Shown one piece after another: positions 27,663-35,696 of a DNA stretch of 36,753 bases (the stretch's first letter is position 1; every line of letters starts with the position of its first letter). The stretch spans positions 1 through 36,753 of the IMG/VR virus record IMGVR_UViG_3300036785_000941. One strand, 5' to 3'. The notes beneath the pieces are model-generated. The model searched no databases. It was not told the DNA's origin and saw only the letters and a program-made list of their open reading frames with translations. The stretch is from a virus (lineage: Duplodnaviria; Caudoviricetes). Made by a program: the position numbers and the translations under genes.

Positions 27663-28192
27663 TGCGAGTCCGCCGGCTGGATGCACTGGGCGACATGACC
27701 TTCGGGCGCGGCCAGAACAACTTCTGGATCGATCAGCCGGAAGGGGTGGCGCAGATGATCATGACCCGGCTGCGCCTGAATTATGGGGAATGGTTCGCCG
27801 ATACCTCAGACGGCACACCGTGGAACGCCCAGGTGCTGGGGGTGCGGACCCAGGGCACCCGCGATGCGGTGGTTCGATCACGGGTGTTCGGCACGTCCGG
27901 GGTGCAGAGCATGACGGGCTACAACAGCGTGTTTGATCCGAACACCCGAGACTGGGCGGCGGCGATGAACGTGCAAACGCTGTATGGGCCGGCGGCGGTG
28001 GCGCTGATCCGGCTGCCGGGCACGCTGCCGCCGACCGCGGTGGTGCCGATCACCCAGGCGCGCTTGCTGGGGATCGCTGCCCAGCCCGGCGGTTCCACCC
28101 CGGTGGCAATGCAGCGTGCCAACCTGCTGCAAGAAGGCCGGGTGGACATCACCGACTTCCAAATCCTTCAGGTCGACGCGGGGCGCTTCTGA
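27662..28192 (+). CDS. baseplate wedge / sheath initiator (gp25-like) with C-terminal extension
   Basis: MRVRRLD...DMTFG, TRLRL...GEWFADTSDGTPW, TLYG. Confidence 0.82.
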   Translation: MRVRRLDALGDMTFGRGQNNFWIDQPEGVAQMIMTRLRLNYGEWFADTSDGTPWNAQVLGVRTQGTRDAVVRSRVFGTSGVQSMTGYNSVFDPNTRDWAAAMNVQTLYGPAAVALIRLPGTLPPTAVVPITQARLLGIAAQPGGSTPVAMQRANLLQEGRVDITDFQILQVDAGRF

Positions 28193-28662
28193 TGGCCGCA
28201 CTTCGGGTGCGCATGCCGGCGCCTGTGATCCGGCTTCGGGTGCCGCCCCCGGCCACCCCGCCAAGGCTGGCGCTGGCGGTCCCCAGGATGCCCGTGGCGG
28301 GCGCACAGCCGCGGGCGGTAGTCCGGCCGCCGGTCCGTGTCAGGCGCCCTGTGGCGCCGCCCAGGCCGCGGGATTGGCCCATTGTCGTGGCACCGGCCGA
28401 ACAGGTGCCTTCGGCGCCCGTGATTCGAATGCCGGACCGGTTGCCAGAGCCAAGGGTGCGGGTGGTGCTGTTGGCCTCGGCCCAGCCCAGGGCGGTTCCG
28501 ATTCCGCCTGTGATCCCGCCCCCGATCTACGCCACGTCGGTGGGCATCACCGCCGGCATCCGCACCATGATCAGCATGAACCCGGCCAGTCTGTTGGTCG
28601 GGCCGGAAACTGACATCACCGCTTTTACCATCATCACCATGGACGCTGGAACCTATACATGA
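28192..28662 (+). CDS. Pro/Arg/Val-rich protein sharing a C-terminal motif with the upstream gene
   Basis: Coupled at both ends; ends DITAFTIITMDAGTYT. Confidence 0.7.
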   Translation: MAALRVRMPAPVIRLRVPPPATPPRLALAVPRMPVAGAQPRAVVRPPVRVRRPVAPPRPRDWPIVVAPAEQVPSAPVIRMPDRLPEPRVRVVLLASAQPRAVPIPPVIPPPIYATSVGITAGIRTMISMNPASLLVGPETDITAFTIITMDAGTYT

Positions 28663-29870
28663 GCGGCACCACGCCTTCACCCACCGCTGCCTACGTGGAC
28701 GCCAGCGGCATCCATGCGCCGACCTTCCTGAGCATCCAGAACTACCTGATCGCCCAGTTCCAGGCGATCTATGGCGATGACATCGTGGTGTCCAATGACA
28801 GCCAGGACGGCCAACTCATTGGCATCTTCGCGGTGGCCATTGCCGATACCAACAGTGCCTGCATCGCGGTGTACAATTCCTTCAGCCCGTCCACCGGGCA
28901 GGGCGCCGGCCTGTCCAGTATGGTCAAGATCAACGGCATGCAGAGGCTGCTTCCATCGAATTCTTCGGTGGACCTCGTGGTGACCGGTCAGGCTGGCATC
29001 ATTATCCTGAACGGCGCGGCCAGTGACATCGCGTCGAACCTGTGGCTGCTGCCGGCGTCGGTGACCATCCCGGTCGGTGGCCAGATCACGGTGACCGCGA
29101 CCGCGGCCCAGGCCGGCGCGATCACTGCATTGCCCGGTGATGTCAGCCAGATCGCCACGCCGACCTTTGGCTGGCAGAGCGTGATCAACCTTTCGGCCGC
29201 GGCGGTTGGCGCGCCAGTCGAGACGGACCCAGAGCTACGGGTGCGCCAGTCCAACAGCACGGGGCTGCCTTCGGTCAGTGTGCTGGAAGGGATCATCGGT
29301 GCGGTCATGAGCCTGCCCGGCGTGCAGGCTGTCAAAGCCTATGAGAACGACACCAACACCACGGACGCGACCACCACTCTGCCGCCGCACTCGATCAGCT
29401 TGGTGGTGATTGGTGGCGACGCCACTCAGATTTGCCAGACCATTCTGAATCACAAAACACCGGGGTGCTACACCTTCGGCACCACGCGGGTGAGCGTGGC
29501 GGACATTTATGGGTTGTTCCACGATATCGGCTTCTACGTGCCGACGCCTGTGTCCATTGGCGTGCACATCACACTGACCGCGAAGACCGGATACACCAGT
29601 GTCATTGGGCTGGCCATCCAGGACACCATGGCGGCCTACATTGCCGGGCTGGGATCGGGCGTCGACGTGATCTATTCCAAATTGTGGTTGCCGGCCAACC
29701 TGTGCGATCAGACCAGCGGGTTGCCGACCAACGCGACCGGGACGTACGACATCACTGCCATGACGATTGCCGCCCCGGTGACCGGCACCTATGGAACCAC
29801 CAACATCCACATTCCCATTTTCAGCATGGCCACGCTGAATTCGGCCGACGTGGCGATTACCGTTCACTAG
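28659..29870 (+). CDS. baseplate J/gp47 family protein
   Basis: SQDGQLIG, PTFGWQSV, ETDPELRVR, YENDT, PHSI. Confidence 0.9.
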   Translation: MSGTTPSPTAAYVDASGIHAPTFLSIQNYLIAQFQAIYGDDIVVSNDSQDGQLIGIFAVAIADTNSACIAVYNSFSPSTGQGAGLSSMVKINGMQRLLPSNSSVDLVVTGQAGIIILNGAASDIASNLWLLPASVTIPVGGQITVTATAAQAGAITALPGDVSQIATPTFGWQSVINLSAAAVGAPVETDPELRVRQSNSTGLPSVSVLEGIIGAVMSLPGVQAVKAYENDTNTTDATTTLPPHSISLVVIGGDATQICQTILNHKTPGCYTFGTTRVSVADIYGLFHDIGFYVPTPVSIGVHITLTAKTGYTSVIGLAIQDTMAAYIAGLGSGVDVIYSKLWLPANLCDQTSGLPTNATGTYDITAMTIAAPVTGTYGTTNIHIPIFSMATLNSADVAITVH

Positions 29871-30557
29871 ATGAGCACGCTTGACGACTACCTGGGCCTT
29901 GTCACGTCCTGGCACAGTGACAAGCCTCGCTTCATGTCCACGCTTGCGGCGCTGGTGCAGCCGCTGGCTGACGCCCAGGCCATGCTGGCGAAACTCACCG
30001 CGGACTTTGACCTGGACACGGCCATCGGCATCCAGCTTGACATGGTCGGCCAGTGGGTAGGCCGCACTCGCTACATCCTGCAACCGGTCACCGGGGTATT
30101 CTTCAGCTTCGATCTGCCTGCCCAGCGGGTGGGGTTCGATCAGGGCATTTGGCTGGGGCCGTACAGCCAGACGGATGCGGTCACCGCGCTGGACGACGAA
30201 ACCTACCGCACCTTGTTAAAGCTTCAGGCTATCGCGAACCACTGGGACGGCACCGTGCCCAGCATGGCCGGGCCGTTGGAAACTCTGTTCCCTGGGGTGG
30301 TGGTGCAAGACCGCGGCGATCAGCCGGCGGAACTCATGGCGATGGACGTGCTGATCCCAGGTCCGCACATCAACAGCCTGCTTCTGGCGGTGCTGCGCCA
30401 AGACTATCCGGTGAAGCCCAGCGGTGTGCTGGTCAACATGATCGAGACCACGGTGGACAGTGAGCCGATCTTTGGCTTCGACGCGAACCGTGACACCAGC
30501 AACCCGCTAAGCCCGTTCGGCGGCTTCGACGTCGGTTCCTGGGGCATCATCCTCTAA
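29871..30557 (+). CDS. baseplate wedge protein (DUF2612 family)
   Basis: FDLDTAIGIQLDMVGQWVG, LDDETYR, NHWDGT, KPSGV. Confidence 0.88.
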   Translation: MSTLDDYLGLVTSWHSDKPRFMSTLAALVQPLADAQAMLAKLTADFDLDTAIGIQLDMVGQWVGRTRYILQPVTGVFFSFDLPAQRVGFDQGIWLGPYSQTDAVTALDDETYRTLLKLQAIANHWDGTVPSMAGPLETLFPGVVVQDRGDQPAELMAMDVLIPGPHINSLLLAVLRQDYPVKPSGVLVNMIETTVDSEPIFGFDANRDTSNPLSPFGGFDVGSWGIIL

Positions 30558-30569
30558 GGGGAAACCACT

Positions 30570-32660
30570 GTGGCAAACGACTTTCTGACTTTCGCTGGTG
30601 ATCCGGCGGCCAATGTCATGACCCAGGCAAACTATGCCAACGTGTCATTCACGGCGCGGTTGCTGGGGTTCAGCAGTGGCACTGCCTTGTCTTTGCAACT
30701 GAACAAGGTCTGGCGGCAGGCGTCTCTGATATCGACCATGCTTGCCAACTTCACGGTGACCGAAACCGGGCTGGACATGCTGGATGACGGCACAACGTCC
30801 GGCATGACCAACTTGCAGAACCATTTCCGGGCCGCGGTGGTCCATGTGGTGCAGACCACGGCTGGTGTCGGATATTTGCCCCTTACGGGTGGAACTCTCA
30901 CCGGGCCATTGGTGATCAACTCTGCCGGCTTCCAGATCGATATTCAGGCGCCCGCTGGAACGCCGGCCGGCATTTACCTGGACAGCGCGGCCGGGCAGTA
31001 CACCATGCTGGTATCGCGCACCAACACGGTGTTGCGTTGGCAACTGCTGAATTCGGACAACGCGCCGGAAACCGGATCAAATGCCGGATCGAACTGGTCC
31101 CTGAACCGCTATTCTGACAACGGCACCTTTCTTGGCACGCCGATCTCGATCAGCCGCGCCACCGGCATCGTCAACTTCAGCGGGCCACCCACGCTGAGTG
31201 GTGGACCGCTGCCCTACCTGTCGATCGGCGGCGGCAACCTGTCCGGCGCTCTGTCATTCTCTGCCGGGCTTGGCATCCTGTATGCGGTTGGCAGTTACGG
31301 GGCGTGGGTCGAGTATGGCTGGGACGGCGCGATCCTGGCTTGGATCAATGGCAGCTACATCGGGCATCTGGCGACTCAGGACTATACCAACGCGGTTGCC
31401 GGGGGTTACCTGCCTTTGTCCGGCGGCACCCTCACAGGGGCGTTGCAGTGCAATTCGTCGCTGATCGTCAACGGCGGTGCCGGCTTCCGCAGTTCGGTGT
31501 GGTTCGCCAACATCGGCGATTTCGTCAACTTCACCGATGGCCGGTATCGGTATCGCCAGTGGGCCGGCAACTGGCATGACAGTTGGGATGGCAACACCGG
31601 CAACCGGCAATGGTGGTGCGCGGGCGGGCAGTACATGCGTCTGGACGGCGCCGGGAATCTCGATGTCTATGGCTTCATCCACACCGAAACCGGACGGGTA
31701 ATGAATCAGCATCCGTATGCTGCGCCCTGTTATGGGTTGTGGAAGCAGAACACTGGCGCCATGGGCATGTGGTTCGACGGCAACCTCGTGTTCGGGCCGG
31801 TCGATGGTTCGGCCAATCCTTCGTCTTCGGTGATGTGGCTGAGTGGCGGCGGCCAGCTAACCGTCACCGCCGGCATCTATGCCTACAGCACGATTCAGAG
31901 CGGCAGCCTCGTCTATTCCAACGGCGATGTGGATGCCCTTGGCAACATGAACGCCAACGGCAGCCTGGGGCTTGGCTATGACTGCACTGTTGGGCGTTTT
32001 CTCACGGTCAACAACGAACTCTATGCGCACAGCAACATCTGGGTGAGCGGCACCGCCACGGCAGGTTATCATCACTCGTACGGCGACGTTCACGCGGACA
32101 ACGCGCTGACCTCTGGCAACGATCTGGTGTGCGGCCGCAATGCGGTTGTCTATGGCAGCCTTCAGATCAACAATGTCGTGCACGGCTACGGCCCAGGCAA
32201 AATGGTGCTGCATGCTGGAAATCCGGCCTACACGATGGATTGGGTCGGTCACTATGCGATGGGCATCGCGCTTGGCTACATTGATGCCGCGATGACGTGG
32301 CACATGATGGACGCTTCCGGCAACGCGCAGAATACCATCGCCTTCCTGAACACCAACGGCGTGTGGGGCGGCTCATATTTCCAAACTTGGTCTGGCCGGC
32401 AGCGCAAGGAAAATATCGCCCCGGCGGCGGACTTTGACAGCCTGGGTGCCGTCCGTGCAATGCCGATCTTCAGCTATGACACGAAGGACGGTGATCTTCA
32501 CCGCGACTTCGGCTTCATCGCAGAGGAAGTGGAATCGCTTCTGCCGGATGTGGTCACCAGCTATGGTGAAGAAGGTCCGACCATCGATGTTGTGTCTTTG
32601 ATCGCGCATGCCTACCGCGCCATTGCGCAACTGGCTGCCCGCGTGGATGCCGCTCACTGA
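30570..32660 (+). CDS. tail fibre with baseplate anchor and S74-like chaperone
   Basis: NDFLTFA...ANVMTQ...LNKVWRQAS anchor; LPLTGGTLTG; SGRQRKENI and GFIAEEV. Confidence 0.88.
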   Translation: MANDFLTFAGDPAANVMTQANYANVSFTARLLGFSSGTALSLQLNKVWRQASLISTMLANFTVTETGLDMLDDGTTSGMTNLQNHFRAAVVHVVQTTAGVGYLPLTGGTLTGPLVINSAGFQIDIQAPAGTPAGIYLDSAAGQYTMLVSRTNTVLRWQLLNSDNAPETGSNAGSNWSLNRYSDNGTFLGTPISISRATGIVNFSGPPTLSGGPLPYLSIGGGNLSGALSFSAGLGILYAVGSYGAWVEYGWDGAILAWINGSYIGHLATQDYTNAVAGGYLPLSGGTLTGALQCNSSLIVNGGAGFRSSVWFANIGDFVNFTDGRYRYRQWAGNWHDSWDGNTGNRQWWCAGGQYMRLDGAGNLDVYGFIHTETGRVMNQHPYAAPCYGLWKQNTGAMGMWFDGNLVFGPVDGSANPSSSVMWLSGGGQLTVTAGIYAYSTIQSGSLVYSNGDVDALGNMNANGSLGLGYDCTVGRFLTVNNELYAHSNIWVSGTATAGYHHSYGDVHADNALTSGNDLVCGRNAVVYGSLQINNVVHGYGPGKMVLHAGNPAYTMDWVGHYAMGIALGYIDAAMTWHMMDASGNAQNTIAFLNTNGVWGGSYFQTWSGRQRKENIAPAADFDSLGAVRAMPIFSYDTKDGDLHRDFGFIAEEVESLLPDVVTSYGEEGPTIDVVSLIAHAYRAIAQLAARVDAAH

Positions 32661-32671
32661 GGGGGTAACCC

Positions 32672-32950
32672 ATGGCCATTCCTACCAAGCTGCCTGAGAC
32701 ATTCGAAGAACCGCCCCAGCCGGGGCCTGAGCTACGGCGTAGGGAAGCTGAGATAGCCAGCCCAGACACGCCAGAGGCGCCCGCGGCGTGGTCTACAGAG
32801 GGATTGTCGGACAAGTCACCACCAACAGAAATCCCCCCTGTGACGGTGGAACCTCGCCCGCCGCCGCCCGCGCCGCCGCGGCCGGTGATACGGCCTGGAT
32901 TCTCGCCCATGCGCGCCGAACTGTTTGATCCGATGAAGCCGCCCGAATGA
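32672..32950 (+). CDS. Pro-rich hypothetical protein
   Basis: GAGGGGG RBS; ATGA overlap with the next gene. Confidence 0.65.
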   Translation: MAIPTKLPETFEEPPQPGPELRRREAEIASPDTPEAPAAWSTEGLSDKSPPTEIPPVTVEPRPPPPAPPRPVIRPGFSPMRAELFDPMKPPE

Positions 32951-33309
32951 GCTTCATCATCCCTGACGCCGCCAACTATCTGGGCAAGACCGTGGACGAC
33001 GGGCATTGCGTTCGCTTCATGCAAATTGCCGGTCGATTGCCGCTCACCAGCATGTGGAAGCCCGGCGCGAAGGTTCGCGGGCTGGCGCTGGCGAAGGGCA
33101 CCTGCATCGCCACCTTCACGTCCAAAGGGGGTTACCTGGGGCACGCCGCTGTCCTGGAAGGGGAAGAAGACGTGGGCCTTGCGGTAATCGATTGCTGGGT
33201 TGGGCAGCCGGTGGCGCGAAGGATCATCCGGTTCCGGGACGGATCAGGCCCTGCCATCAACGATGGCGACCAGTACTACGTGATCGAAGTTTCACCTGAC
33301 ACAGCATAG
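32947..33309 (+). CDS. BPSL0067/Tae-like Cys-His peptidoglycan amidase, probable endolysin
   Basis: GHCV, TSMWKPG, GTCIATF, GHAAV, VIDCW, NDGDQYYVIE. Confidence 0.8.
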   Translation: MSFIIPDAANYLGKTVDDGHCVRFMQIAGRLPLTSMWKPGAKVRGLALAKGTCIATFTSKGGYLGHAAVLEGEEDVGLAVIDCWVGQPVARRIIRFRDGSGPAINDGDQYYVIEVSPDTA

Positions 33310-33322
33310 AAAGGAAAGTGCC

Positions 33323-33514
33323 ATGCCGCAGTCGCCGAACATCACCTGGGAACTGCCAATCGAACAGGCCAACGTGGTGCTGTCCATTCTGGGCAAACAG
33401 CCGTTCGAAACCGTGGCTGACCTGATCATGGAACTGCGCAATCAGGCAGGCAGGCAGTTGCAGGCGTTGCAACAGCCTGGGCCGATGAACGGCGAAGACC
33501 GTTTGCGGCAATGA
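33323..33514 (+). CDS. small conserved phage hypothetical protein
   Basis: AAAGGAAAG RBS; NVVLSILGKQPFETVADLI. Confidence 0.75.
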   Translation: MPQSPNITWELPIEQANVVLSILGKQPFETVADLIMELRNQAGRQLQALQQPGPMNGEDRLRQ

Positions 33515-33687
33515 ACCTAATCGCTATCATCTTGCTGGTCGTGCTGGTTTTGCTGCTGTTCGGCGGTGGCTATGGCTACCGGGCCGGCTGGGGCGTCGCC
33601 GGGCAGCCCTATTATGGGCCTGGGATTGGCATTGTCGGCATCGTGCTGATCGTGCTTCTGGTGCTGTTGCTGACTGGCCGGCTGTGA
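33511..33687 (+). CDS. DUF3309-like two-TM membrane protein (not in ORF track)
   Basis: MNLIAIILLVVLVLLLFGGGYGYRAGWG...YYGPGIGIVGIVLIVLLVLLLTGRL; ATGA overlap. Confidence 0.75.
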   Translation: MNLIAIILLVVLVLLLFGGGYGYRAGWGVAGQPYYGPGIGIVGIVLIVLLVLLLTGRL

Positions 33688-33690
33688 ATT

Positions 33691-33957
33691 GTGCGCCTGC
33701 CACGCGATGTCGATATCCGATCCGGGGCCTTTGTGTTGTTCGCCTTCGTGGTGGTGGTCACCTTCGCCACCTTCGGCACGATCAGCGTCGTCTGCCGGCT
33801 GAATGGCAGTTCCCCGGACTGCATCGGCAATTCACCTGAGTCGCTGAACGTCATGAAGGGCTGGGTCGAGAACATCATCGCGGTGTTGCTGGCCTTGATG
33901 GCCGGCACGCGCCCGCCCTCACCACCGACCTTGACCGATCCATCCAAAGGGCCATAG
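33691..33957 (+). CDS. two-TM membrane protein, holin candidate
   Basis: Two hydrophobic segments flanking a C-x8-C loop; last gene before the terminator. Confidence 0.55.
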   Translation: MRLPRDVDIRSGAFVLFAFVVVVTFATFGTISVVCRLNGSSPDCIGNSPESLNVMKGWVENIIAVLLALMAGTRPPSPPTLTDPSKGP

Positions 33958-34006
33958 GCTCGCCTCTGACTTGACCGTTTCTCACTTACCCCAAATTTGC
34001 GCCTAT

Positions 34007-34038
34007 AGCCCCGCCCCCAACGGCGGGGTTTTTTTGTT
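34007..34038 (+). terminator. Rho-independent terminator of the late operon
   Basis: AGCCCCGCC-cccaac-GGCGGGGTT followed by TTTTTGTT, between convergent genes. Confidence 0.85.
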
Positions 34039-34259
34039 CAGAACAACCGACCTTGGGCGCCCGGCTTGCGCATCCCGGCATTCATGAAACGGTGCAGTGC
34101 CAACTTGCGATTCTTGACCTCTGGTCCCAGGGCCGCCACCCGCTCACGTTCGGCGATGCAGTCCAGACAGAGTTGCGGTGAGCCATTCTTGCGGCGCAGC
34201 GGGAAGGCGGTTTCGCCGACCCTACTGCCGCAATCGAGACACTCACGGCCACTGATCAT
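34038..34259 (-). CDS. small Zn-finger hypothetical protein
   Basis: Two CLDC motifs; coupled to the upstream gene. Confidence 0.65.
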   Translation of the reverse strand: MISGRECLDCGSRVGETAFPLRRKNGSPQLCLDCIAERERVAALGPEVKNRKLALHRFMNAGMRKPGAQGRLF

Positions 34260-34507
34260 CAGTTCTTGGACCGATCACTGATCGTCACCTTGGTGTCAGG
34301 GCCTATGCCGAATTCCAGGGTCTTGGCGCAGTGCGCTTCGGTTTCCCCGCTGAAGATCATGATATCGACGGGCAACCCGACCTCGGCACCCCGGATGCGG
34401 ATGAAGGTGTCACCCGGCTCTTTGCGGAACTTGTCCAGGTTGGCGTAACTCAGACCGATCACCAGGATGGACTTCCCGGTGCCGTCAACTGCAATGGCTT
34501 TGATCAT
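34259..34507 (-). CDS. hypothetical protein
   Basis: Coupled overlaps; LVIGLSYANL...IMIFSGETE. Confidence 0.7.
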   Translation of the reverse strand: MIKAIAVDGTGKSILVIGLSYANLDKFRKEPGDTFIRIRGAEVGLPVDIMIFSGETEAHCAKTLEFGIGPDTKVTISDRSKN

Positions 34508-34854
34508 GCGTTGCCCTCTGGCTCTGCTTCGATCAGGTCGGCGGTTTCCAGCAATGCCTTGCCGATGGTGCGCATCATGACGAAGCCATCCGCTTCAGTG
34601 TTTTCGTGGATGTAACGCATGACCCTGATCACCGTCGCGTGGCACAGAGTGGCCAGATCGAACGAATCGCCATTCAGGCTGTTATTGCCGCTGATCAACA
34701 CCAAGGCCACCATTGCCGCGACCGCATGGAATTTGGCGTCGTCGTCCGGGTTGTCCGCCCGCATTTCGTTCAGCAGCATCTCGGCATGAGCCGCTAAGGC
34801 GCTGTATCCACTGGCGCGCATGCGGGCGATGAATTCATCGATTTGATTTGTCAT
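34504..34854 (-). CDS. hypothetical protein
   Basis: 116 aa, helical character, coupled to neighbours. Confidence 0.65.
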   Translation of the reverse strand: MTNQIDEFIARMRASGYSALAAHAEMLLNEMRADNPDDDAKFHAVAAMVALVLISGNNSLNGDSFDLATLCHATVIRVMRYIHENTEADGFVMMRTIGKALLETADLIEAEPEGNA

Positions 34855-34855
34855 G

Positions 34856-34978
34856 TCATTGTCCCCACAGCATCTTACCGGATGCCGCCAACAGCATCAC
34901 CATGGCCACGAGGATCGCAACCAGGATCAGATAGGCCGCGGTGTAGATTGCCCAGCGTACCAGGAAGCGGCCGTTCAC
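34856..34978 (-). CDS. 40-aa single-TM protein
   Basis: GTGA overlap start at 34978; (M)NGRFLVRWAIYTAAYLILVAILVAMVMLLAASGKMLWGQ. Confidence 0.5.
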   Translation of the reverse strand: MNGRFLVRWAIYTAAYLILVAILVAMVMLLAASGKMLWGQ

Positions 34979-35184
34979 AGCAGCCACAGCAGCCCCAGCG
35001 GCCAGAACACCGAAGCCACGGCGAAGGCGCCAAACAGGACGCGGGCAAGACGCAATAGGGGCACCATGGGCGAAGGTGCACGTATCACCCTGTCTGCTTC
35101 GGGCGGCGCCATGTCGAGTCGCATGGGCATCGCCAGCCCAGCCGGCGCCCTGCCGGCCGATTCGCCAAGTAACAGTTCTGTCAT
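34975..35184 (-). CDS. small protein with C-terminal hydrophobic segment
   Basis: ATGA overlap start at 35184 (MTELLLG...). Confidence 0.55.
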   Translation of the reverse strand: MTELLLGESAGRAPAGLAMPMRLDMAPPEADRVIRAPSPMVPLLRLARVLFGAFAVASVFWPLGLLWLL

Positions 35185-35696
35185 GCGGCCATCCGGCATG
35201 AGTTGCACATCCAGTTACGCTTGCGGTCCCACGAATTGAATGGCTCACGGCAGCAGATACAGAGCCGTGCACAGGGCGACGCGGTTTGCTCTGGCTTGTA
35301 GTACTCTCTGGGTATGTGCCGCCCCCCACGGGGCTGGAAGCGGCCTTCGGGGTAGTGCTTCCAGCGGGCATAACAGGCGGCCGGGCTGCGTCCTGGCAAC
35401 AACGCGGCCACGGCGTCCCAGTCCACCCCTTTCTTGCCTGTGACCGCTTCGGCCAAGGCGGCCTGTTCGGCCGCAGACCACGCGGCGGGGCGCTTGAAAC
35501 CACGGCCCTTGGTGAGATTTTGCTTGATGGCGTACAGCCGCTTCTGCATGCCAAAGCCGGTGCGGTTGGGCAGCGGTTCCACGTCAGCCCAGATGATCCG
35601 GCCGAAGGCGTTCCGGGCCTTCTCGGTGCGCGCCAGAAGCTGTGCGTCTTCCTCTGGCGTCCACACGATCCACTCACCGGTCGCCGATATCACCAT
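35181..35696 (-). CDS. tandem Myb/SANT-like repeats plus C-terminal Zn ribbon; putative transcription regulator
   Basis: WTPEEDAQL...W...LPNRT and WSAAEQAAL...WDAVAALLPGRSPAACYARW; CICC...MCNSC. Confidence 0.78.
   Translation of the reverse strand: MVISATGEWIVWTPEEDAQLLARTEKARNAFGRIIWADVEPLPNRTGFGMQKRLYAIKQNLTKGRGFKRPAAWSAAEQAALAEAVTGKKGVDWDAVAALLPGRSPAACYARWKHYPEGRFQPRGGRHIPREYYKPEQTASPCARLCICCREPFNSWDRKRNWMCNSCRMAA

Noticed and set aside
33971-34010. TTGACC/TATAGC promoter
   Set aside because: Spacing far too long, and it points straight into the terminator.
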